Below are positions 25,106 to 38,689 of a DNA stretch of 64,000 nt, piece after piece. The stretch comes from Heterodontus francisci. Its lineage: Eukaryota. Under the pieces are notes generated by a model. That model was given only the letters and a program-made list of their open reading frames with translations, had not been told where the DNA came from and searched no databases. The stretch's first letter is position 1. Each line of letters begins with the position of its first letter. Position numbers and translations under genes: made by a program. Location of the stretch: assembly GCF_036365525.1 (NCBI RefSeq), contig NC_090407.1, forward strand, positions 25,448,084 to 25,512,083. The letters run 5' to 3'.

Positions 25106-25622
25106 ATAGAGCCATAGAGTTATACAGCACAGAAACAGACCCTTAGGCCCATCATGTCTGTGCCGGCCATCAAGCACCTATCTATTCTAATCCCATTTTC
25201 CAGCACTTGGCCCACAGCCTTGTATGCTATGGCGTTTCAAGTGCTCATCTAAATACTTCTTAAATGTTGTGAGGGTTCCTGACTTTACCACCCCTTCAGG
25301 TAGTGTGTTCCAGATTCCAACCACCCTCTGGGTGAAAACATTTTCCCTCAACTCCCCTCTAAAACTCCTGTCCCTTACTTTAAATCTATGCCCCCTGGTT
25401 ATTGGCACCTCCACAAATGGAAAAAGTTTTTTCCTATCTATCCTATCAATGCTCCTCATAATTTTGTAAACCTCAATCAGGTCCCCCCTCAGCCTTCTCT
25501 GCCCTAAGGAAAACAACCCTAGTCTTTCCGGTCTCTCTTCATAGCTGAAATGCTCCAGTCCAGGCAACATCCTGGTGAATCTCCTCTGCACCCTCTCCAG
25601 TGCAATCACATCCTTCCTATAC
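25106..25622 (-). mobile_element. CR1 LINE 3' fragment nested in Harbinger element 2
   Basis: ORF 25624-25187: RKDVIALERVQRRFTRMLPGL...RRLRGDLIEVYKIM...FTQRVVGIWNTLP. Confidence 0.9.
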
Positions 25623-26855
25623 ATTCCAAAACGTTTCTGGGATAACAGATCCCATCAAGAAACCCAAAACTGCCCGCTCCCCCATCCTCTGGTCCAAAAT
25701 CCTCAAGATAGGTGCAATAAATATCCTGAATGTTAAATATGAGGAAAAAACTCAAATGATTAAATGTTCTGCTGAAAAAGATGGGTTTTACCGTGGCATG
25801 CAGCAGTTGGATTTGTGCAGTTGAGTCTCAAGTCTGTGCTCTTCTCTCTTTAACTCAACCGCAAAACTAAGGCCAGCATTGAAATGGATGTTTGCCTCCA
25901 GGCTCAGCACCAACAAGGGTGAATCTTCTCAGGGGATGGCGGTGAAGGCATTGTGGGGAGGGGGGCAACATGGAGGATCAGGGCAGGATACTCGAGGAGG
26001 GAAGGGTGGGCATTGGTCAGGCACATGCAGGAGCAGGGGAGGATGGAGTGGAGTGTGCAGGGTGTGGCATGGTTGCCGTTGATGCTGAAGCTGCATGTTG
26101 TGGGCTGCAGGGGTGGTAGGTGGATAATAGCAGTACAGTGTGAAGATATTTGGCAAAGGTCTAAAGGGAGGAATAAGTGCTGTCAGCATCGAGGAGCTGT
26201 GGAGCAAATTGAGGGTACTGGGTAGGAGAAGGCAGGGTCATAGTCAATGTGGGCAAATGGATTCGGTAGGGGCGAAGGTCAAGACTAATGGGTGGGAAAT
26301 CGACAATTTCATATGGAGGGAAATGGGACTAATAAACAATGGTCCAGTCAATGTGAGGAGGTTCAAGAGTAAGAGCCCACATGTCAGTAGTAACGATAGT
26401 GGGAACAGTGGGGGAGGGATGGCATGAATAAAGATTATACTGTGCATGGTAATGGGGGAGGCTCAATGGCAATGAATGGAAGGGTAACAGTAACACTGGG
26501 TGGGTCAAGGGTGATGGGTTCAAGCTGGAAGGTTGCAGGAGCAGGTTGGAAGGTGGGGAGACTTGCCCTGAATTCCACGTGGAATATTTTCTCACTCAAG
26601 GATTGCAAGGAGAATGGGAGGAAGCAAATGATAGTGGGTGTGTCTTCTACCTGGCTGCAATTTGAAGGCAGATATAAGGGAGCTGATCATTGCCTCAATG
26701 TGTCAGCTCACTGGCAACAGAGGGCTGAATTGCCCTGCTCTGCTTATTTATTGTTCAGAAAAGCCGCAGCGACATGGATCTCATACACCCAATTTGTCTA
26801 GCACCACGGGAAGAGCAAAGGGAGAGACAGAAGGAGGGCTTTTTTCCCTCAACTC

Positions 26856-27850
26856 ATGATGCCTGAGCATCAGCAACAGGCAGAACAGGAAGGTGGGGAT
26901 GCTCCAAATGATAACATCCAGGAACGTCCTTATCGAAAATGGGCACTAGCACATCATCACATCCTCAGGACAAGGACAAATTACCGACAAATGTCAGAGA
27001 GGCAACGCCAAAGATGCCTAAGGATGTCACGTGAAATGGTCACAGAAATTTGTAGGATCCTGCGGCATGACCTGCAGCCACTCAGCTTCGGTGGGATCCC
27101 ATGCCAGTTGCCCTCAAGGTGATTGCTGTATTCAATTTTTTTGCTCGCGGGACCTTCCAGGGATCCCTATGTGGCATATCATAGCCTGTGACCCTTAGGT
27201 GTATCAAAGAGGTGACCAATGCCCTTTTTGGTCGTGCCAATGATTTCATCTACTTACCAGTAAGACGAGGACAGCCAGGTCTGTGGCCTTCGGTGCCATC
27301 GCTGGGTTCCCTAGAGTGCAAGGGGTGATTGTGGCCATTAGAGCTCCCTGGGACCAGCCTGCCGTATTTGTCAATTGCAAAGACTTCCACTCTTTAAACG
27401 TTCAACTGGTTTGCGACCTCAGGAGAAGAATCATACATGTTTGTAAGACTCATACATTTTAGAAACTCCCAGCTGCCAGCAGTTTTCGAGGAATCAGCCG
27501 AAGTGGGCAGCCGGATCCTGGGTGACAAGGGTTACCCACTCTGTACATGGTTGATGACACCAGTATGTCATCTCCAAAACGATGCTGAAGAGAGAAACAA
27601 CGTTGTTCATGCATCCACCAGAGCCATCACTGAGCACACCATTAGCATACTGAAAATGCGATTCCATTGTCTTGACCGGTCTGGAGGGGCTCTTCAGTAC
27701 ACGCCACAGAGGATGTCGTGAATAATCGTTGTCTGCTCCGTCTTGTACAACCTTATAATTAGACGCAACTTTCTGCAGGTGGAGAAACAGGAGGAACACC
27801 AGTCTTCCTCAGATGAGGATGACAATGAAGAGGGTGAGGAGGAGGAGGAG
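26856..27850 (+). pseudogene. Harbinger transposase, disrupted
   Basis: YRQMSERQ...LRMSREMVTEIC, AGFPRVQGVI, LGDKGYPLCTWLMTP, TEHTISILKMRFHCLDRSGGALQY and an acidic tail. Confidence 0.9.
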
Positions 27851-28575
27851 ATCCAGGGCAATTTGGTAAATTGGATCCAAAATTGGCTTAGAGGCAAGAG
27901 GTGATGGTCAAGGGTTGTTTTTGCAAGTGGAAGCCTGTGACCCAGTGGTGTACCGCAGGGATCAGTGCTGGGACCCTTGCTGTTTGTAGTGTATATTAAT
28001 GATTTAGACGTGAATATAGGAGGTATGATCAGTAAGTTCGCAGATGACACAAAAATTGGTGGTGTCGTAAATAGTGAGGAGGAAAGCCTTAGGAAGTACA
28101 GAGGGTCAGAGGGACCTTAGTGTACTTGTCCATAGATCACTGAAGGCAGCAGCACAGGTAGATAAGGTGGTTAGGAAGGCATATGGGATACTTGCCTTTA
28201 TTAGCCGAGGGATAGAATATCAGAGCAGGGAGGTTATGATGGAGCTGCATAAAACGCAATATAGGCCACAGGTGGAGTACTGTATACAGTTCTGGTCACC
28301 ACACTATAGGAAGGATGTGATTGCACTAGAGAGGATGCAGAGAAGATTCACCAGGATGTTGCCTGGGCTGGAGCATTTCAGCTATGAAGAGAGACTGGAT
28401 AGGCTAGGGTTATTTTCCTCAGAGCAGAGAAGTCTGAGAGGGGACCTGATTGAGGTATACAAAATTATGAGGGGCGTAGCTAGGAATAAACTTTTTCCCT
28501 TAGCGGAGGGCTCAATAACTAGGGGGCATAGATTTAAGGTCAGGGGCAGGAGGTTTAAAGGGGATTTGAGGAAAA
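27851..28575 (+). mobile_element. CR1 LINE ORF2 fragment nested in Harbinger element 2
   Basis: GVPQGSVLGPLLF...KFADDTK and QFWSPHYRKDVIALER motifs; internally deleted. Confidence 0.9.
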
Positions 28576-29049
28576 CAATAAACCACATCATTAAGGAACA
28601 TTGGGAGGAGAAACGTAACAATTCCACAGAGAAATTCACTTTTGCATGAGGTCTTATTCATCGCTGCACAAAGTGTGGCTGTACTTTCATGTGATTGGCA
28701 TTTGAAATCATCTTTGGGCTACGAAGGATGTGACCACAAACCACTGCAAGCAGCATTAAATTATGACTGCAGAAACTCAAAAGTAAAGGCATGACAGAAG
28801 GCTCAAATTTAAAGGAGAAATGGACACTAGACATTTTCTGAGATGCTTTGCAAACATCAATGTGTTCCTGCCATAGGCCTCCAAAGGATATCTTTATATC
28901 CATCTGAAGCCAAGCAAAAGATTAACGAGTGGATCAAATTTTAAATGAAATAAACATGTATTGAAAAATCTTTTCTATTGTCACAATATGTACATTACCC
29001 ATGCCACCTTCGTGCCCAAAACTGTTTCAATTTTCTTTTTCTACCACTA

Positions 29050-30660
29050 CGTCTAGGTGCTACCCCGACATTAGCAACTGAAGTAGAGGCAGTCTGCTCA
29101 GTGTGCTGCCCTGTTGCTGTGGATGACCAAGGTGGCCATCCTCTGGAGGAAAGGGGCCTTGATGGCTCCATCCTACTGGGGGTCTGCAGCAATGGCGTTT
29201 GAGGATCCCCCGTGCACTCACCTGCTGGAGGTAAAGGGGGTCAATGTTGGTGGGGAAGACAAGACACCGTTTACCCTGGGGGTGACCTGAGAGGAAGGCC
29301 CCAGGGCAGCTGGCATGCGCTCCTCCTCCATCTGTGTGCACGATGCACCTGCCTGTCTCCCTGAGGGGAAGGGTCACCCAGAGGGAGGTCCCGGTTCCTC
29401 GTGCTCCTCTCGCTTAGACTGTGCTGCATGGAGCCAACAGCAACAGCGATGGAGTGCAGGTCAGATCACATCTGGCTCGAGTGCTCAACCAGTCTCGCCA
29501 CGGAGATCACCAGGCTCGAGACGGAGAAAGCCATACGCTCAAACACCCGAGACATGGCAGATGTTGTGACCTGCATGGCACCTGCAAAGCCATGCATCAC
29601 CTCATGCATTTCCGACTATTTTCCACATGGCTTTGCTGCACATCCCGCAGACTCTCATAGCAACAAACAGAGGATCATATTGAGCGTGGGACTGAGTAGG
29701 GGCCTGGTCCCCAGCAGTCCTCCAATTGTCAGGACCACCAGCTTCTGACCCAGATTCTAATCTTAAACCCCGCCCCCCCCGGACCATGCAGATGTACGGG
29801 CAGAGCTGGAAGAGGAGGCACCCTCTGGGGCACTGGCTTCTTCTTCCTCAAGAAGAGGAGTCTTGGGCCATGTGGCCAAGCACCTGCAGTGGAGATACAA
29901 ACAGAGACACTTTAAGCGTCTGATGCACATGAGTTCACACAATGCCCTTTAGTGTCCACATATGGCTACAAGAGTAGCGATGACACTTCATCCTTACGTC
30001 TTGTGGATCCTGCCCCGCCATCTCCGAACGCCCTGCCTCCCTCCTCTCTCACTATCTCAGACACCTCCACCGTGGTCAGCAACCTGATGTCAAGGACCCC
30101 TCCTCCCATTTTAGCACACTCGCGCTGCTTGTGGCTGTGTTTATCCCGCCGGAGACAGTGCAGATTTACTGACATGGCAAATGATGCATCACAACCATTG
30201 CATACATGCATCAACACACCACTCATTCTGCAGTTGCTTTCACATGACACATCCAAGCACAGAAACAGAGCCAATCTTCATCTTGGCACACAAGCATTTA
30301 CTGAATGGCACCATGGCTGCTCACGCATTCCACTGCATTCCTCGTGTACCCTCTGCCTTAAAGAGACAAAGCCAGGGAGGAAAACAATTGAGCTGCTTTG
30401 CCAGGACCACTTACCCTCGCCGATCTGAGCAAGTCATTGATGCGCTTACGGCATTGCACCCATGTTGTGTGTGTCTCCTCACAGTTCAAGACAACCTCTG
30501 CTACCTCCATCAAGGCTGCCTTGGTCAGGCGGGAGGGTCTTCGGATTCCATCTGCAGGGAAGAGGAACTCCTGCCTTTCCCTGACATCCTGGAGGAGAAC
30601 CTGCAGAGAGGCATCACTGAACCATGGGGCTAGTCTCTGCCTACTGGCTGACATCTGACT
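29050..30660 (-). pseudogene. Harbinger Myb/SANT-like gene of element 2, spliced and degraded
   Basis: Exon 1 FSDASLQVLLQDV...WVQCRKRINDLLRSAR then gtaagt (boundary 30415); exon 2 DKHSHKQRECAKMGGG; basic C-terminus APRRSGRKRK. Confidence 0.8.
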
Positions 30661-31290
30661 CATTTTTGCTACCGTGAAAATAAATGATGTCAAGTTGGTG
30701 GTGACTTTCACTACATAAGGGAGGCAAAAACATTTTGAATTAAGGTTTCAATTTAGGAAGATACTTACATGAAAGGAAGGCTGCTGCTCCTCGAGGCTGC
30801 AAACACAGAATGTGGCTATCATGCTGCTTGGGCCTGTGATGGGGGTTTCCACCAAAGAAAGGCCACCCCCGCTGCATGATCCCATGTGTTTCCCGTGCCC
30901 ATCGCTGCATGGCTCATGTACATACAAAATCGCGTGCGACACGGGAATTGCGGCAGAAGCGGAGGATACGCCAATTCCAGTCCCGCCATCAGGAATGCCA
31001 CAGCACTCATCAAATTCCACCCAGTGCTTCACAAGCATGGTCAACTGGTATCATATTCAACCTCTGTTGGATAAGGTAGGTACTGAACATCTCTACCTAC
31101 TCTGGAGAGCCTTCTCTCTCTCTTCCTACCCTGATAAGGCCTCCTCACATGATCCCTCCTATTTGTCCTGACAACCCCACCACATTCTCCAGATGGGGGA
31201 AGTACTTCAGCAACCCAGGAAGTAACTGAGTTCCTCTTACTCATCATAAGAGCAGTCACTGCCACTGCCTCAGAATTGCTTTGTCACCCA

Positions 31291-32336
31291 GGGCTGGATG
31301 TTCATTCCTGACGGAGGCGGGAAGGGAGGCGGGCGTGTCAGCAATCTTGCGTCGCCGAGCGGCGTGCCAGTTTCCCAACGCGGTTCTGCCTCCCAGTAAT
31401 TTTGGTGGCGGGGTCAACCAGCCCGAAAGTGGCAGGTCATCAATGGAGGAAGCTAGCGAGCCGAATGAGAGCTTGCTGCAGGGCAGTATGAAATTTTGGA
31501 GGCGAAGCCCAGGAAACAGGCTGGTTCAGCAGCACATCCAGAGAGAGGAGGCGGCTACACGGCCGGAAGCCAGCCAGAGAAGCGGCAGCAATTCCTGATG
31601 CTGCACAAATGGGAGAAAGAGAAGAGAGCAGTTTATGCATTGGCATGCAATGGCCATTGTGTGAGCGCAGCTCGCAGAGTGTTTCAGGTGTAGGTGCTGG
31701 GACAATTGCGAGAAGGTGCACCTGGGCATAGATATCCTCATTGTTCCTGAGCACTATGCACCCTAAGGCTGCTCTGCTCAGAGGTGCGCTGGTGACTCCA
31801 GAACTGGAGGCCTGTATCTGGGTGCACTCACTTTGCCAAACCTGAGAAGGTCATTAAAGCGCTTCCTGCATTGCACCCACGTCCTGCTGATCACACTGCA
31901 GCTGCTCACCTCCTGAGCCACCACCAGCCGTGCCTGACTGGCTGGCCTTTTCCTGCCGCTCTCTGGAAACAGGAAGCTCCGCCGTGCTGCCACTGCGGCT
32001 AACAACACCTCAAGGGAGGCATCGGCAAATCGTGAAGCTGCTTTCCATGGATACATGCCATTCTGCTGCTCTGTTGCGTTCCATCTTCTGCTATCACCAA
32101 GGATGCCGGCATTCACAATAATGGTCACTGGGTGCCCTTTAAATTGGGCCTACCATATCTGCAGCCTGCCTCCTCAATGCATCGCCACCTTTAATTGGAC
32201 GGCGAACGCATCATCGGGCCACTAATTGGCCACCTCTTTCGGAATAGTGTCGGATCAGGCTTTGATGTGGAGCGGCACTGGGACCTGGAAATGGTCCCGA
32301 CTTCGGGGCTCTAACCCTGAAATGAAAATGCAGCCC
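31291..32336. mobile_element. Non-autonomous Harbinger (1046 bp) retaining the Myb-like first exon
   Basis: TIRs GGGCTGGATGTTCAT / ATGAAAATGCAGCCC (13/15); TSD CCA (31288-31290, 32337-32339); minus exon 32056-31832 RFADASLEVLL...RTWVQCRKRFNDLLRFGK then gtgagt. Confidence 0.85.
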
Positions 32337-33659
32337 CCAGTGTCCAGACATTTTGTTCTAAAACACCAGAGGAAGTGTTAATTTATTTGAATGTTAGTGC
32401 AGAATTTAATTTGCTCTCAAAGGGCTGATAAAGGTTGACTGTGAAGTCATTACAATCGGTTGTAATGCTGTATGAGACACATCTGTCCATACATGTTGGT
32501 GGGAAGCCTGTAAGAATCTGGAACAAGTAGGAAACAGTGGAACAGACACAAACAAATGTATTATTGGACGAGTTAGGCTGTTGGCGACTTGGCCATTCTC
32601 AGCCAGCCATGGGGAGGCCAAAGGGCATTTCATACTTGTAAAGGACATAGCTGTTTGTTTGAATTTTGTCCTTTAGTGGCTTCAGTCGGCAGGGGTGGTC
32701 GCAATGGAAGGATTGGCTTGGGAGTGGCAATTAGGTCCTTTAATGTGGCATTGGGACGAGCACTCCTGCTCCTGGCTCCACATTCAGAAAAGCTATTTAT
32801 CTTCTTTGTTGCAGCTGATTCAAGGGCTGGTTTACTTGAGCTCAGCCCTGGATGGCACTCGCTGTCTCAGAGCTAACAAATGTTGGAGAGGAGACCTCCA
32901 GCAGGCGATTGGGCCCTTATTTGCATATTCAAAGGATCAAATATCTACTTCAGATGTGGGTAAAGGAAGCCTCTCATTTGTCTTTACACCATATGACAGG
33001 TGGCGGACTTCCAGCCAGAAGTGCGTACGTGTTTCCTGCCAGCCATTTTGGGGCCTTAGTAGACCACATAGTGTCTGAAAAGCAGGTGCTACATTGCCCA
33101 ATTTCTAGCCCGCAGGGTTAGATTTTCCTCCCCTCCATCCCCTGACTTTGGATGATTATAGGAACAGGTAAGGGAGCAAAATGAGCAAAAAAAAACAGTC
33201 GTTCTGTCAGCTTCCCCAGTTACTGCTACTTCCAGGATTTTCCTGCAGAAGTGACCATGGATGCAGGGTGAGTCTATTCAAATGACTTACTAATAAAGGA
33301 AATGCCTCATCTGCTGTAATTTCCATCATTAAAATGGCATAGAAGCAGAGGATGTCAGGAACGCCAGTGCATTCCGACATCTAACGTTGTTATGGAGCTG
33401 GAGGAGCTTTGGAATTTTAAATGAACCCAAGCCCAGTTGATTGAGTGATTGATTGCGCTCAGTCAGTGGACAATTTAAAATTTGTCATTATGTTGTTGCT
33501 TGATTCGGCAGGTGCCCAAGGCCAGCAGCAAGATTCCTCCTTCCTACCTGAGACAGGTTCCTCTGCAGCACCTGAAATACCACCAGGAGCCCGTCCAACA
33601 ATGTTTTAATTAGCTCAGCCAGGAAAAATTCACCAGGATCAGCTACAGGAACTACAGGC

Positions 33660-34400
33660 AGGTGCAAAGCCTGCCCCAGTGCAGTTCAAACCCGCCTCCA
33701 ACCTGCCTTAAAACCACCCACCTCCGATTATAATGGAGGCGGGACTGGGGGGCAGGCAACCTATTTACTCTCAGAAGGCGGGTCTGTTGGTTACAGCTTT
33801 GCAAGGAGGTTGCGTGTCTCCATTTTAACAGGCTTTTTATTTTTAATGAAAGTCAGCCAGGCCGGTCAAAGGAGGCAGTAAGTGCTAGATCTATCATGTA
33901 AGTGGCTTTACAGCACTGCTTGTGGGCAAAGGAGAACAGGAGTGTTTCCGACAGGCCCAACAAACTAACCTGTAAACCATCCCCTGCCCAGCCCCTTTCC
34001 CGTGTGATATGTCCACTGTCCCCACTGTGATCCTGCATCACCAACCACCATCTCACTCCCCCCCAACCAGTATCTTGGCCCTCCCAACCACGATCCCGAC
34101 CTCCACACTACCTCACCCCCGACCACCATCTCACCACTGGACACCATCTCATTCACCAAACTACTCTCAAGCCCAAGAATCTCTCCCCCGATCTCTCCCT
34201 CCCCAACCACCATGAGTTGCCCCAACCCCGCCATTCTACCTGTTCCTCCACTGCATCTTTCTGCAGCAGGCTTTCCTACCAACAGGCACAGCCAGCCTGT
34301 CAGTCAAGTTGGCTTTTGATTGGATTTCTTATCAATAACTCCTATACCCATCCACTGCCCTCCCCCCACTCTGAATGCACGGCCCTGTAAATATCGGGGC
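33660..34400. mobile_element. Probable non-autonomous DNA-transposon-like repeat (related to 38690-39335)
   Basis: GC-rich interspersed sequence sharing short motifs (aaggag(a/c)aggagt, gtaagtgc/ttaggtgc) with the second copy; termini not resolved. Confidence 0.3.
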
Positions 34401-34899
34401 CAAAATCTCTCCAGGCCTCAGCACGTGGGTTTGCCACACGCCCCAATCCTGCCCCAACTTAAAATCAAAATTTATATTTCAATTTCAATTCATAGAATGA
34501 TTTAATAATGAAAAACAGTGATTATATAACAAAGCATTACTAATTTGTATACATGCTGACAGCATAATGAATTCCAAAGTGATGAAGGCAATTTCATGCC
34601 TTATGCATGATTCATGGATCTTCAAGCTTTTATAGTTAAAGTAGCAGAAATGACTACACCATCACACATGTATATTGATACAAACAGCTGAACCTAGAGT
34701 CTTTCAAAAAGTAAATCTAAAAATATTAACTAAATATTACAGCAGCTGCTGGCAAACAATGAAAGCAGCTTTTTCAGCAACCTGAAGATAGCTTTGTCAC
34801 AAACATAAAAACAATACCAGACCACCGCTGCACAAGTCCACAGCTTGTTAAACTGAGATTTTAGCTACTCCCAAAAAAACTGTCAAGAAGAGGTGGCGA

Positions 34900-35795
34900 A
34901 AGGGGTACAGGGAGTGCAAATTTTTCAATGTGTGCAGGATTCCTTTCTTACCTAGTATCTAAAAAGCCCAACAATAGAGGTGGCACTGTTGGATCTAGTA
35001 ATGGGAAATCAACTAAAGCAGAGAAGTAACTGCGGTGAAATACCTAGGCAATAGTGATCACAACGTAATAGGTTTAAGATAAACTTTGAGAATGACATAA
35101 GTAAGACAAAGGCAAAAGTAATAAATTGGAAAAAAGCTGATTTTAAGAGGATGAGAATGGAAGAAGGGAAAATAAACTGGGAAGATTTACTGAAAAACAA
35201 AGAAATAAAACAGCAGTGGGAAACATTTAAAATAGAGATCAATAGAGTCCAGGAGAAATATAGCCCAATAAAAAGCAAAAACAAACTTGCTAGTAATAAT
35301 ACTCCATGGATGAATAAAGAAGGGAAAAACTGAAACTGAAGAAAAAGGCATATTTTAAATGCATCGACAACAAATGAACGGATGGCAAAAGGGAATATAA
35401 AAAGGTTAGGAAAGGGTCAAGACAAATAGGAAGGCAAAGGCAAACAATGAAATTAAATTATCAAGGAATATAAAAATAGTAAAAGTATTCTACATACACA
35501 TAAAATACAAAAGAAAAATCAGGGAATAGTGCCAGAGGTCTGGTGGATAACTAATGTGATTCCTATGTTTGAAAAGAGAGATAGAACAAGTCCAATGAAT
35601 TATAGACAAATTAACTTAATGTTGGTAGTAGGAAAGATCATGAAATCCCCACTCAAAGACATAACAGAAAAACATCTAGAAACTGAAAATATAGTAAAGA
35701 GTAGTCAGCATGGTTTTCAAAAGGGAAGGCCATGCTTGACCAACCTTATTGAATTCTTTGAAGAAGTAACAGAAAGGGTGGATAAAGGTAATGCA
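34900..35795 (+). mobile_element. CR1 LINE ORF2 fragment (end of APE domain to start of RT)
   Basis: LDLVMGN, LGNSDH, TPWMNKE, NVIPMFEK...NYRQINL...SQHGFQKGRPCLTNLIEFFEEVT. Confidence 0.85.
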
Positions 35796-36678
35796 GCAAC
35801 TACCGTGGAATCTCCCTGCTCAGCATAGTGGGGAAAGTCTTTGCTCGAGTCGCTTTATACAGGCTCCAGAAGCTGACCGAGCGCGTCTACCCTGAGGCAC
35901 AGTGTGGCTTTCGTTCTGAGAGATCGACCATTGACATGCTGTTCTCCCTTCATCAGATACAGGAGAAATGCCGCGAACAACAGATGCCCCTCTACATTGC
36001 TTTCATTGATCTCACCAAAGCCTTTGACCTCGTCAGCAGACGTGGTCTCTTCAGACTACTAGATAAGATTGGATGTCCACCAAAGCTACTAAGTATCATC
36101 ACCTCATTCCATGACAATATGAAAGGCACAATTCAACATAGCGGCACCTCATCAGACCCCTTTCCTATCCTGAGTGGCGTGAAACAGGGCTGTGTTCTTG
36201 CACCCACACTTTTTGGGATTTTCTTCTCCCTGCTGCTCTCACATGCGTTCAAGTCTTCAGAAGAAGGAATTTTCCTCCACACAAGATCAGGGGGCAGGTT
36301 GTTCAACCTTGCCCGTCTAAGAGTGAAGTCCAAAGTACGGAAAGTCCTCATCAGGGAACTCCTCTTTGCTGACGATGCTGCTTTAACATCTCACACTGAA
36401 GAGTGTCTGCAGAGTCACATCGACAGGTTTGCGGCTGCCTGCAACGAATTTGGCCTAACCATCAGCCTCAAGAAAATGAACATCATGGGACAGGACGTCA
36501 GAAATGCCCCATCCATCAATATCGACGACCACGCTCTGGAAGTGGTTCAAGAGTTCACCTACCAAGGCTCAACTATCACCAGTAACCTGTCTCTAGATGC
36601 AGAAATCAACAAGCGCATGGGAAAGGCTTCCACTGCTATGTCCAGACTGGCCAAGAGAGTGTGGGAAAATGACACACT
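35796..36678 (+). mobile_element. Internal RT fragment of the young RTE LINE family
   Basis: NYRGISLLS...QCGFR...FIDLTKAFD...GVKQGCVLAPTLF...LFADD; almost identical in translation to the 61508-64000 element. Confidence 0.92.
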
Positions 36679-36699
36679 GCCTGAGGTGGGAGATGCCAA

Positions 36700-37250
36700 T
36701 GTATGATTTTGATCCAGAAACAGTGAAGGAACGGCGATATATTTCCAAGTCAGGATAGTGTGTGGCTTGGCCGGGAACTTGCAGATGGTGGTGTTCCTAT
36801 GAGCCTGCTGTCCTTGTCCTTCTAGGTGGAAGAGGTTGCGGATTTGCAAGGTGCTGCCAAAGGAGCTGTGATGAGTTGCTGCATTGCATCTTGTATATGG
36901 TACACACTGTTGCCACAGTGCTTCGGTGGTAAACAAAGTGAATGTTTAAGGTGGTGGATGGGGTGCCATTCAAGCGGGCTGCTTTGTCCTGGGTGGTGTC
37001 CAGCTTCCTGAGTATTGTTGGAGCCACACTCATCCAGACAAGTGGAGAGTATTCCATCACACTCCTGACTTGTGCCTTGTAGATGGTGGACAGATTTGGG
37101 GAGTCAGGAGGTGAGTTACTATCCGCAGAATTCCCAGTCTCTGACCTGCTCTTGTAGTCACAGTATTTATGTGGCTGCTCTAGTTCAGTTTCTGGTCAAT
37201 GGTAACCCCCAGGATGTTGACAGTGGGGGATTCAGCGATGGGAATGCTGT
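36700..37250 (-). mobile_element. 3' region fragment of the tRNA-headed CR1-group LINE
   Basis: MEYSPLVWMSVAPTILRKLDTTQDKAARL; reverse complement of sequence at 17830-18365. Confidence 0.85.
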
Positions 37251-38689
37251 TTAATAGGATATGAAATGATGCTCACTCGATGTGGAGTCTTCACTGTACA
37301 GCTATGTGAAAAAGTGACAGCAGAATCACAGAATTGTTACAGCGCAGAAGGAGGCCATTCGGCCGTTTGCACCAGCTCTCCGAATGAGCAATTCACCGAA
37401 TGCCATTCCCCCGCCTTCTCCCCATGGAAGGGGGAATGGGGAAGGGTCATGTATTAACTAGCTCCTGAACCATTAGATATGGCCTTAGCTTTACCAGATT
37501 TTGATGAAACTGTCCTGTTCAGACTGTGGAATGAACACTGCTGCACTGTTGGAATATATGTCCCTTTGTGTCCTACCAGATATGGCAAACAGAAACTAGA
37601 TTGTGTTTCAGACAAAGCAGGTCATAAAGGGAACAAATTTGAAAAAAATTCAGACAAAACAGAAAAAAAGGAAGGCACAGCACCGAGAATGGAGAAAGTA
37701 CAAAGTATTTTAATCCATAAATATTTTTGACTTTTTAACTTTAAAAAAAACTTTAAAAATTGCCTAAGAGGTACGGGAGACCACATGAAGACAATGGGGA
37801 GAAACAAGAAAGAGATTGGAAAATGAAAGTGAAAGGAGAAAGAGGTACTAGAGATATGTGAGGGCAGAATGGGAGTAACAGATTTGGAGAGGATCAGGGG
37901 GACAGTCCAATCGGACAGTCCATGACAAGGCTGTGACATCTCCAAACTACATTCATCACAATTATTGAAGTGATTTATGGCTTCCAAAATTTCTCTGCTG
38001 GTTAAAAAGATGATGTGACTGCTGTCTATTTAGGAGCAGTACAATCTCAAACCATTCATAAGAAGTGAAATGTGTCACGAAATATGATTTCCTTATCCTG
38101 TGATTTATTGACTGGGACTTCATGTTGAAATAGTACTGCGGTTTTGTGTATCCCCTTTCGAAGAGACAGCAGGCACGTTGTCAACTCAAACTTTAAGGTG
38201 CGAAACTGAATTTGCAGCTGCACAGAAGCAACTCTGCAAAACAGGAAAATGCTAAACCAGATATACGAGGATCTGACTGGGTTTTTAAAAGTAATTCATC
38301 AATTCCCCCTGCCTGGTCCTCCTCTGTTTTCTCATATACTGTCTGACACCATTTTAAATTCTAAGTGTGTTGAGCACTTGTCTTTGTCAGCGCTGTGGGC
38401 TATTTTCAGACCGTGACTCACTTGTTCCTTGTTCTATTTTACATTATCAGCTGTGTTCTTGAGCCAGCTCAGAAATTCAACAAGGAGACAGAGGCATAAC
38501 AGAGGGGCCATTCTTTTGTCTCAGGGACACCTAAGAAGAAAATGGGAGGAGAAAAACAGAGTGAGAGAAAGGCAGACAGCGATCAGTCACAGCATTATGG
38601 CCTTCATATTAAAATCCCATGGAAGGGCAGTAGAGGGTTTAGGCAAAAAATTAAAAATTCTGAAACGTGAAATCTGACCACCCCCCCAA

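Larger units (their letters stand above)
24820..31022. mobile_element. Full-length degraded PIF/Harbinger transposon (element 2) containing two CR1 insertions
   Basis: Diverged TIRs GGGAGCAACTTTATG / CATCAAATTCCACCC; TSD AGT (24817-24819, 31023-31025); transposase (+) and Myb-like gene (-) convergent. Confidence 0.8.
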
